NCBI GenBank assembly: GCA_041739415.1
Contig: JBGSNU010000005.1
Coordinates: 192,028-256,027, forward strand
Length of the DNA: 64,000 nt
Source: Bdellovibrionales bacterium
GTDB lineage: Bacteria; Bdellovibrionota; Bdellovibrionia; Bdellovibrionales; UBA1609
Reading direction: 5' to 3'
Positions within the stretch are counted from its first letter, which is position 1; every line of letters starts with the position of its first letter. Shown here piece after piece: positions 37,790 through 47,207 of this stretch. Under the pieces are notes generated by a model, which saw only the letters and a list, made by a program, of their open reading frames with translations, was not told where the DNA came from and did not search any database. Position numbers and translations under genes: made by a program.

Positions 37790-37990
37790 ATGTCAGACGA
37801 ATTGGTTTTAGTTGTTACCAGCAAAGTGAAGAAATTTATTAAAGAAGCCGGTGGATGCAATACATCAGCGGAGACCGTGGATGTATTGAGCAAAGCGGTA
37901 GAGCGTCTTTGCCGAAAAGGTGTGGACAGTGCGAAAGCTGATGGCCGAAAGACCGTCATGGCTCGCGACATCGTAATCGACCATCTCTAG
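37790..37990 (+). CDS. Bacterial histone-fold DNA-binding protein (Bdellovibrio Bd0055/HBb-like)
   Basis: 66 aa: MSDELVLVVTSKVKKFIKEAGGCNTSAETVDVLSKAVERLCRKGVDSAKADGRKTVMARDIVIDHL. It aligns with archaeal HMfB helix by helix, including the L2 motif GRKT(V/I)..(R/E)DI. SD GGAGG lies 4 nt before the ATG, and a strong terminator follows. Confidence 0.9.
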   Translation: MSDELVLVVTSKVKKFIKEAGGCNTSAETVDVLSKAVERLCRKGVDSAKADGRKTVMARDIVIDHL

Positions 37991-38020
37991 AAAAGACTTC
38001 AGATTTGTTCAGTGAAAAGC

Positions 38021-38048
38021 GGAGCCTTTGCGGGCTCCCCTTTTTTTT
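38021..38048. terminator. Intrinsic terminator after the histone gene, shared with convergent ligA
   Basis: GGAGCC-tttgcg-GGCTCC followed by CC plus T8. It is 30 nt after the histone stop and 9 nt before the ligA stop. Confidence 0.8.
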
Positions 38049-38056
38049 GGTGCGCC

Positions 38057-40240
<2,184 letters not shown>

Positions 40241-40287
40241 TTATGGATAAAAATCGGGTTGGCGATTTCAAATCCGAGAGGAAAATC

Positions 40288-40572
40288 ATGATTTCAGAAA
40301 AAGAAGTGACTCGTGTGGCGCACCTCGCCCGACTGTCGCTGACTGAAGATGAGGCGAAGGCACTTGCTCTTCAACTCAGCAGTGTCCTAAAGAATTTTGA
40401 CCAAGTCTCTAAAGTCGACACTCAGGGCGTGGAGCCACTGGTGACGCCGACTGAGATCGAGCAATTTTGGCGGAATGACGCGGCTGAAGTTTGGGAGAGC
40501 GTGGAGTCTGCTATGCAGAATGCGCCCGAAGCCGTCGGCAATTTATTTAAAGTTCCTCCTGTGGTGGGCTAA
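40288..40572 (+). CDS. gatC: Asp/Glu-tRNA(Asn/Gln) amidotransferase subunit C
   Basis: MISEKEVTRVAHLARLSLTEDE is the typical GatC N-terminus. RBS GAGAGGA. The longest ORF from 40225 was trimmed. Confidence 0.9.
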   Translation: MISEKEVTRVAHLARLSLTEDEAKALALQLSSVLKNFDQVSKVDTQGVEPLVTPTEIEQFWRNDAAEVWESVESAMQNAPEAVGNLFKVPPVVG

Positions 40573-40573
40573 C

Positions 40574-42046
40574 ATGAATATTTTAACCAGCAGTCTAAAA
40601 GAGATTCGCGATGCAGTTCGCAACCGATCAGTCTCGGCTCGTGCTGTGACCGAGGCCTACTTTGGCCAAATTGAAAAATGGAATGGCAAGCTCAATGCTT
40701 ATATTACGCTCAACGAGCGCGCCGTCGATCAAGCCGCTGAAATTGATCGTCGCCTGGCTAAGAACGAAGATCCGGGTGCATTGGCAGGTGTACCGATCGC
40801 TATAAAGGACATGTTGTGCACTAAGGGCCTGCGCACGACCGCGGGTTCTAGAATTTTAGAAAATTTTATTCCGCCGTTTTCGGCGACAGTTGTCGAGCGC
40901 TTGGAAAGAGCGGGCTCCATCAATCCCGGCAAAACCAACCAAGATGAATTTGCGATGGGCTCGAGCTCAGAAACCTCGGCATTTGGAATCGGTCGCAATC
41001 CCTGGAACTTAGATTATGTGCCGGGCGGCTCGAGTGGCGGTTCTGCGGCTGCAGTTGCCGCTGGTATGGCAAGCGCCTCGATCGGCACAGACACTGGGGG
41101 CTCGATCCGTCAGCCGGCCAGCTTTTGTGGAGTTGTTGGTATCAAGCCGACGTATGGGAGGGTGAGTCGCTATGGCATTGTCGCGTTTGCCTCGAGCTTA
41201 GATCAAGCCGGACCCATGACTCGAACGGTAGAGGATGCCGCTCTTGTGCTCGAAGCGATTTCTGGTCATGACAAGTTGGACGGCACCACTGCCAGCAATC
41301 CTGTGCCGAAGTGGAGTGAGCAAATCCGGCACGATCTGAAGGGCATCAAGGTTGGTCTACCCAAGGAGTACTTCTCAGACACCCTTCAGGACGAGATCCG
41401 CGACAGCGTTGACCGAGCGATCGCATCCGTGAAGAGCGCCGGTGCGGAGATCGTTGAGATCTCTTTGCCGCTCACTGAAATGGCCGTACCGATCTACTAC
41501 TTGATCGCGACCAGTGAGGCCTCGAGCAACTTGGCGCGCTACGATGGTGTTCGTTATGGCCATCGAGCTGATTTCAGTCGTCATGCAGCTGAAGACTTGG
41601 CTGAATTTTATAGTCGCACTCGCGGTGAGGGCTTTGGCCCTGAAGTGAAGCGAAGAATCATTTTGGGCACTTACGCTTTATCGAGCGGCTATTACGATGC
41701 CTATTACAAAAAAGCCTGTCAGGTGCGTCGCTTATTGCGCGACCAATTTCAGCAGGCGTTTCAACAGTGTCAGCTCATCATGAGTCCGGTAACGGCCTCG
41801 CCAGCCTTTAAGATTGGCGCTCGCATTTCGGATCCGCTACAAATGTATCTAAACGATATATACACGACTTCGGCTAACTTGGTGGGCATTCCAGGGATGA
41901 GTGTTCCCGCTGGATTCACCAATGACGGATTGCCAATAGGAGTGCAGCTTTTGGCCGATCATTTTCAAGAACAACATCTTTTCAATGCTGGCGCAGTGAT
42001 TGAAAAAGACCTCGCGTTAAAGGAGTTGCCGAATGTCTTACAATGA
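40574..42046 (+). CDS. gatA: Asp/Glu-tRNA(Asn/Gln) amidotransferase subunit A
   Basis: Amidase signature GGSSGGSAAAVAAGMASASIGTDTGGSIRQPASFCG. The ATG is 1 nt after the gatC stop. Confidence 0.95.
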   Translation: MNILTSSLKEIRDAVRNRSVSARAVTEAYFGQIEKWNGKLNAYITLNERAVDQAAEIDRRLAKNEDPGALAGVPIAIKDMLCTKGLRTTAGSRILENFIPPFSATVVERLERAGSINPGKTNQDEFAMGSSSETSAFGIGRNPWNLDYVPGGSSGGSAAAVAAGMASASIGTDTGGSIRQPASFCGVVGIKPTYGRVSRYGIVAFASSLDQAGPMTRTVEDAALVLEAISGHDKLDGTTASNPVPKWSEQIRHDLKGIKVGLPKEYFSDTLQDEIRDSVDRAIASVKSAGAEIVEISLPLTEMAVPIYYLIATSEASSNLARYDGVRYGHRADFSRHAAEDLAEFYSRTRGEGFGPEVKRRIILGTYALSSGYYDAYYKKACQVRRLLRDQFQQAFQQCQLIMSPVTASPAFKIGARISDPLQMYLNDIYTTSANLVGIPGMSVPAGFTNDGLPIGVQLLADHFQEQHLFNAGAVIEKDLALKELPNVLQ

Positions 42047-43466
42047 TTGGGAGCCCGTGATCGGCCTCGAGATCCATGCGCAGCTGTCCACGCAGAGTAA
42101 AATGTTTTCGCCAGATGCCAACCAGTACGGCGACGGCGACAACGTCAACGTTCACCCCGTGAGTCTCGGCATGCCCGGCGCACTGCCCGTGATCAATCGC
42201 AAGGCTGTTGAGTTATCTGTTCGAATGGGTCTGGCGCTCAACTGTAAAATTCGAAAGCGCTCGGTGTTTGCTCGCAAGAACTACTTTTATCCAGATCTTC
42301 CCAAGGGCTATCAGATTTCTCAGTTTGACGAACCGCTGTGTGAAAATGGCTTTGTCGATTACTTCCTCGAGGGCGAGATTCGCCGAGTCGGGATCACCCG
42401 TGCGCACATGGAGGAAGACGCTGGAAAATCCCAACACCAAGGTGAATACACACTGATCAATCTCAATCGAGCAGGCGTGCCCTTGCTGGAGATTGTGTCA
42501 GAGCCTGACATCCGAAGTCCCGCCGAGGCTGCAGAGTACGCCCGCACTGTGCGGCGAATTTTGCGCTACCTAGGTGTATGCGACGGCAACCTAGAAGAGG
42601 GGTCCTTGCGCTGTGACTGCAACGTCAGTGTCAGAAAAAAGGGTGAGCCCAAGTTTGGTACTAAGGTCGAGCTCAAGAACATCAACTCCTTCCGCTTTGT
42701 CGAGAAGGCGATTGAGTACGAAATCCATCGACAAATCGACAGCCTCGAATCCGGCGAAAAGATTTTGCAAGAGACCCGCTTGTATGATCCTGCAAAGAAT
42801 CGCACCTTCGCCATGCGTTCAAAAGAAGAAGCCCATGACTATCGGTATTTTCCAGACCCCGACATTCTTCCAGTCCGTCTAGATGATCAGCAAATTGAAA
42901 AAATAAAGGGAGAATTGCCGGAGCTACCCCTAGCACGAGCGCAGAGGTTTCAAACTGAGTTTCAGCTGCCCGCGTATGATTCATTTGTGCTCACCACCGA
43001 ACGCGCCCTGGCCGATTATTTTGAGAGCGTTGCTCGCCAGGCACAAAATCCAAAAGCGGCTTCGAATTGGGTGATGACCGATCTTTTGCGTGAGCTCAAC
43101 GAGGCTCGTCTCGACATCGAAAAATCGCCCATCTCCAGTGAAGACCTTGGTAATCTCGTGCGGATGATCGATAGCAAAGAGATCTCAGGGAAAATGGCCA
43201 AAGATGTATTTATGGAGATGTGGAAGACATCCAAGTCACCGGCCGACATCGTGAAAAATCTTGGTATGAGTCAGATTACCGATGTGGGTGCCATTGAAAA
43301 AATCGTCGACGATGTCATGAGTGCCAGCGCTGCGGCAGTGGCCGATTATCGAGGCGGCAAGGTAAAACTTTTTGGCTTTTTCGTTGGGCAAGTCATGAAG
43401 GCCTCAAAGGGTCAGGCGAATCCAGAGATGGTGAATCAGATTTTGACCTCAAAGTTAAAAGGATAA
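42033..43466 (+). CDS. gatB: Asp/Glu-tRNA(Asn/Gln) amidotransferase subunit B
   Basis: WEPVIGLEIHAQL, FARKNYFYPDLPKGYQISQ, and a C-terminal YqeY-like tail. Confidence 0.95.
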   Translation: MSYNDWEPVIGLEIHAQLSTQSKMFSPDANQYGDGDNVNVHPVSLGMPGALPVINRKAVELSVRMGLALNCKIRKRSVFARKNYFYPDLPKGYQISQFDEPLCENGFVDYFLEGEIRRVGITRAHMEEDAGKSQHQGEYTLINLNRAGVPLLEIVSEPDIRSPAEAAEYARTVRRILRYLGVCDGNLEEGSLRCDCNVSVRKKGEPKFGTKVELKNINSFRFVEKAIEYEIHRQIDSLESGEKILQETRLYDPAKNRTFAMRSKEEAHDYRYFPDPDILPVRLDDQQIEKIKGELPELPLARAQRFQTEFQLPAYDSFVLTTERALADYFESVARQAQNPKAASNWVMTDLLRELNEARLDIEKSPISSEDLGNLVRMIDSKEISGKMAKDVFMEMWKTSKSPADIVKNLGMSQITDVGAIEKIVDDVMSASAAAVADYRGGKVKLFGFFVGQVMKASKGQANPEMVNQILTSKLKG

Positions 43467-43470
43467 GGTC

Positions 43471-44373
43471 ATGCGTGTTGCTGCGCTCGACCTTGGTTCA
43501 AACACGACGTTGCTGTTGATTGCTGAAGTCAACAACGGGCAGATCAAGGTATTGGTGGATGAGGCCCGAGTGACCAAGCTAGGTCAGGGCGTTCAGGCTA
43601 GTCGACGCTTTCATCCTGAAGCGCTTGCGCGGATGCGCGTCTGTCTGAGTGAGTATCAAGCACTCATTGAAGCCCACAGGTGTGACAAGGTGATTGCCGT
43701 TGCGACGAGCGCCGCACGAGACGTGGGTAACGGCATTGAACTCGTCCAAATTGGCGCTGAGCGCGGTATTCCAATCCAAATTATCTCAGGGCAAAGCGAG
43801 GCCGAGCTAACCTTTAGAGGAGCGCTCTTTGATCGTGGCGACACGCGTGGGAGTGCCGTCATAGATGTTGGCGGTGGTTCTACGGAGATTATCGTTCACT
43901 CGAATGAGGGCGTGCGAGGGATCAGTGTGGATGTCGGAAGCGTTCGGCTCACCGAGCAGTTTGTGACGACTGATCCCATTTCACCAGCGGAACTGTCCAG
44001 CCTCACTCGACATATTGACTCAGCATTCAATCGAGTCAAAATCCCCACCGGAGTCTTAAAAGGTGCTTTCGCTGTTGCGGGCACGCCGACCACTCTGGCC
44101 GCCCTTGCGCAACAGTCCGAGTATTCGGAAGAGATTGTGCACTCGTACAAGCTATCTGTGCCGTTGATCCAGACCTGGTGCGATCGTTTGGCTCAGTTGA
44201 GTGGTCAAGAGCGTCGCTCTTTGCCGGGGATGCAACCGGGGCGTGAAGATGTGATAGTTGCGGGCACAGCCATCTTGCTGGGTGCCGCCAAAGCGTTAAA
44301 CGTCAGCGAACTCACCGTTTCTACGCGAGGTGTACGATACGGAGTGGCTTTGACTGCCGGAGAATTCACTTGA
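43471..44373 (+). CDS. Ppx/GppA-family phosphatase (single N-terminal ASKHA module)
   Basis: VAALDLGSNTTLLLIAE and DVGGGSTE motifs. 300 aa, so it lacks the HD-type C-terminal domain of long Ppx proteins. Confidence 0.85.
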   Translation: MRVAALDLGSNTTLLLIAEVNNGQIKVLVDEARVTKLGQGVQASRRFHPEALARMRVCLSEYQALIEAHRCDKVIAVATSAARDVGNGIELVQIGAERGIPIQIISGQSEAELTFRGALFDRGDTRGSAVIDVGGGSTEIIVHSNEGVRGISVDVGSVRLTEQFVTTDPISPAELSSLTRHIDSAFNRVKIPTGVLKGAFAVAGTPTTLAALAQQSEYSEEIVHSYKLSVPLIQTWCDRLAQLSGQERRSLPGMQPGREDVIVAGTAILLGAAKALNVSELTVSTRGVRYGVALTAGEFT

Positions 44374-44879
44374 GGCTCCTGGCATATTTGGCCTTTGCCG
44401 CATCGACTCCCACGGCCTGCGTGAGCGCTGAGGATTTAGCCAAGCATTTTTCGAAGTGTCAGTTTTTTTTAAACCAAACGAAAATCGAAGCCTACATAGC
44501 CGATACCAATCCAAACCGCTCACGAGGACTGATGCATGTGACCTCACTGCCCTCGAACACCGGAATGCTTTTTGTTTTTGAAGAGTCGCAACACCTCAGC
44601 TTCTGGATGAAGAACACGCGGATACCTCTGGCGATTGGATTTTTTGATGCCGGCTCCAAGCTCGTCGATATTCAAGAGATGTCAGTTCCAAACTCGGTCT
44701 TGGAAGTCACGCCGGTCTCCTATCAAAGTCGAGTGCCCGCCGTGCTGGCGTTAGAAATGAATCGCGGCTGGTTCACAAAAAACAAAATAGAAAATGGTGC
44801 TAAGCTAAGACTAAGCGGGCCCTGCTCTTCTAAGCTATTGGCCGTACAGCTTCAAACCGCGCAAAAAGCTCGACATTAG
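44370..44879 (+). CDS. DUF192-domain protein (secreted or lipoprotein)
   Basis: RSRGLMHVTSLPSNTGMLFVFEE....FWMKNTRIPLAIGFFD matches the DUF192 core. The TTG start overlaps the ppx stop. Confidence 0.75.
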   Translation: MRLLAYLAFAASTPTACVSAEDLAKHFSKCQFFLNQTKIEAYIADTNPNRSRGLMHVTSLPSNTGMLFVFEESQHLSFWMKNTRIPLAIGFFDAGSKLVDIQEMSVPNSVLEVTPVSYQSRVPAVLALEMNRGWFTKNKIENGAKLRLSGPCSSKLLAVQLQTAQKARH

Positions 44880-45005
44880 ACCAGGGTATTTAAACACTTC
44901 CGGCCACGTTGACCTTCGTCCGGCAGTAAGAATTAGTGTTTCAACTGTATTCCACAGTGTGCTGTAATCAAGTTGGGTCGAAGGTTAACAACAGAGGTAT
45001 ACGTC

Positions 45006-46358
45006 ATGTTCAGGAAGTATGTGATTATCTCCCTTGCAGCGAGTTTGGTTTTATTGACCAACTCTGCTTGCACCTCCAAAACAGCCACGGATGAAAGCGC
45101 TGATGTAGAGGAAATATCGGACTCAGGAGATGAATCTCTTGAGACCGCAGAGGCAACAGAAGACAACAGTGACTTAGAGGATCTCGAGGGTGGAGAAAGC
45201 GCTGACGGCGCTGTCGCAGATTTAGGCGATGACGAAAGCTTGTCGTCGGATGAGACTTTACCCGACGAGGCTGCGCCGTCTACTGATGTGGCGCAGTCCG
45301 ATGATTTAGGAGGTGACCTAACTGAGACACCTCCTGCGGATCCAGCAGCCGAGCCGACTCCCGACTCTGGCATGGCTGCGATGGATACTGCACCTGAAAC
45401 TGGAGAAGTGGCAACGAGTGAACCAGTGGCAGATCCCATGAGCGATCCGCCAATTGACTATAGCTCCCCTGCTCCTGAGGAATCCATGGCTGAGAGTGCG
45501 CCCGTAGCGCTGCCCTCACTTAAAAAGATCAACTCGCAGCCCTATCGTCAGGGCAAGATTTTAGTAAATGCTGTTTATTTGGCTAGACAGGGAGACACGG
45601 TTGAGACGATAAGCCAGAAGGTTTATGGTTCGCCGGATAAAGTCACCGAGATTTGTAAGATCAATTCGTACAACTGCTCGCGTGGGATTAAAGTGGGAGA
45701 CAAGTTCTATTACAACTCTCCACAGCGACCAGATGACGAGTCGACAGTTAAGACGTTTTATGAAGATGCTGGAGTTGCTGCGCAAACGTATACGGCTCAA
45801 TCAGGTGACAACATTCGCAAAGTTGCTAAAACGTTGCTTGGGCACGATCGCAGTTGGATGGAGTTATGGGCCACCAACGACGTCGAATCTAAGGGCGATT
45901 TAGATGAGGGCACGCAGCTCCGCTATTGGCCAGCCACCGATGCCGCTCCAGTTGAACAAACTTTCGCAGGCAACGACGCTCCACCTGCGCCACCGAGTGA
46001 AGTAGAAGAGGTTCCACCGCCGGCCCCAGATCAAGCGATGCAGCCGCCACCAGATCAAGGAATGCCGATGCCTGACCAGGCGATGAATGACATTCCTCCG
46101 CCACCAGATCTGCCACCTCCCCCGGATACGCAGGCAATGGGTTCAGTGGAGCCGCCACCACCGCCTCCTCCAAATGATCCACCCCCACCGATGGATACAT
46201 CGATGGAAGATGGTGGTCAGGACCCAAATCAGACCATGGCTTTAGGTGTGGGAGCGATTCTTCTCTTGGCCGCTGCTGCGCTATTTATTTCAGTACGTAA
46301 AAAACGAGCGCGTCGACACATTGATTTCAACACATCCACTCAGACGCAAATCGATTAG
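45006..46358 (+). CDS. LysM-domain envelope protein with acidic and polyproline low-complexity regions and a C-terminal TM anchor
   Basis: Lipobox LLTNSAC. D/E/S/T-rich region of about 150 aa. Two LysM-like modules (YLARQGDTVETISQKVYG; YTAQSGDNIRKVAKTLLG). PPPP-rich segment. C-terminal TM helix followed by KKRARR. Confidence 0.75.
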   Translation: MFRKYVIISLAASLVLLTNSACTSKTATDESADVEEISDSGDESLETAEATEDNSDLEDLEGGESADGAVADLGDDESLSSDETLPDEAAPSTDVAQSDDLGGDLTETPPADPAAEPTPDSGMAAMDTAPETGEVATSEPVADPMSDPPIDYSSPAPEESMAESAPVALPSLKKINSQPYRQGKILVNAVYLARQGDTVETISQKVYGSPDKVTEICKINSYNCSRGIKVGDKFYYNSPQRPDDESTVKTFYEDAGVAAQTYTAQSGDNIRKVAKTLLGHDRSWMELWATNDVESKGDLDEGTQLRYWPATDAAPVEQTFAGNDAPPAPPSEVEEVPPPAPDQAMQPPPDQGMPMPDQAMNDIPPPPDLPPPPDTQAMGSVEPPPPPPPNDPPPPMDTSMEDGGQDPNQTMALGVGAILLLAAAALFISVRKKRARRHIDFNTSTQTQID

Positions 46359-46374
46359 CGTCTAAAAGCAGAAA

Positions 46375-46404
46375 GGGGTACCTCGACTAGCGAGAACCCC
46401 TTTT
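46375..46404. terminator. Intrinsic terminator after the LysM gene
   Basis: GGGGTACCTCG-acta-CGAGAACCCC followed by TTTT. Confidence 0.7.
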
Positions 46405-46433
46405 CAGCGTTTTCGATCTTCGTTCAGGTTGCG

Positions 46434-46805
46434 TTAACCTGCACGACTAAAAATGTCTTCTAATATATTGCGACGAAACTCGCGCCGATTCTGGACGAAG
46501 TACATAAGGTCATCGACAATCTGAGTGTCGCGCTTGTTGAATGGCTGAAAGGCTAAACCGCAACCACCATCGCTTCGCCACACAATAGTGGCGGCCATTT
46601 TGCGCCGGCGCTCGCTGACAACAAATTCAATGACAACTTTGTCGTCGGGCGCGAGGTCAAGGGTATCTGTCTCTAAGAAGGCTCCAGTGAGACTGATATT
46701 CTTAAGGACGCCCTTTATATTTTGCCGGCCATAGCTCCTGCGGTACTCAATCTGCATTTGCAGTGGAATTCGGGGAGCCGGGATGCTGTTTTGTTTTGAT
46801 TCCAT
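46434..46805 (-). CDS. PilZ-domain protein (putative c-di-GMP receptor)
   Basis: The ATG at 46805 is preceded by AGGAGA. PilZ-like motifs PRIPLQMQIEYRR and LKNISLTGAFL. The longest ORF extends to 46889. Confidence 0.65.
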   Translation of the reverse strand: MESKQNSIPAPRIPLQMQIEYRRSYGRQNIKGVLKNISLTGAFLETDTLDLAPDDKVVIEFVVSERRRKMAATIVWRSDGGCGLAFQPFNKRDTQIVDDLMYFVQNRREFRRNILEDIFSRAG

Positions 46806-46975
46806 CGGGTCTCCTGTCGACATGTAGAAAGATCGGCAAGTTTGGGAAAAAGTTAAGGACAGGTCGCAGATTAGGGCGCTTGGCGTCACGTCTCAGGCGT
46901 CTTTTGAAGCACTCGAGTGTCAAATTAGGACATGAACATCAAAGATTATAAAATGAGACACACCATTCAGGCTAT

Positions 46976-47005
46976 TTGACAAAGCCCCCAGAATCCTCAT
47001 AAATA
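46976..47005 (+). promoter_or_regulatory. Putative rho promoter
   Basis: TTGACA (46976-46981), a 17-18 nt spacer, then ATAAAT/TAAATA (46999-47005). This would give a 5' UTR of about 200 nt. Confidence 0.4.
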
Positions 47006-47207
47006 GAGGCAGATCAGCAGTAATTTCACTATACCTGACGAAATCAAGTCGGTGTCTCAACTCGGTACAAAGACACAGACCGCGCTGAAAGTTAAACCAA
47101 ACCGAAAACTTTTGCTCTCCCACATTCATTAAACTCAAATTAAAGACAGAGACATTTGGAAGACTCAAAACCAACCCAACCAGCAATAATCTCACGAGGA
47201 CAAGTCT

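Noticed and set aside
37654-37842. 62-aa plus-strand ORF overlapping the histone gene start in another frame, and a TTG 37766 extension of the histone frame
   Set aside because: Neither has an RBS. The ATG at 37790 has a GGAGG SD and gives the length expected for histone-fold proteins.
44933-45439. 168-aa ORF on the minus strand
   Set aside because: It is antisense to the acidic low-complexity region of the LysM protein. The Ser/Ala/Gly-rich product is typical of a shadow frame of GAN/GCN-rich coding sequence. It has no RBS.
46920-47195. 91-aa minus-strand ORF in the rho upstream region
   Set aside because: The composition is implausible, there is no RBS, and it lies in an AT-rich leader. 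The region is better explained as the rho promoter and 5' UTR.
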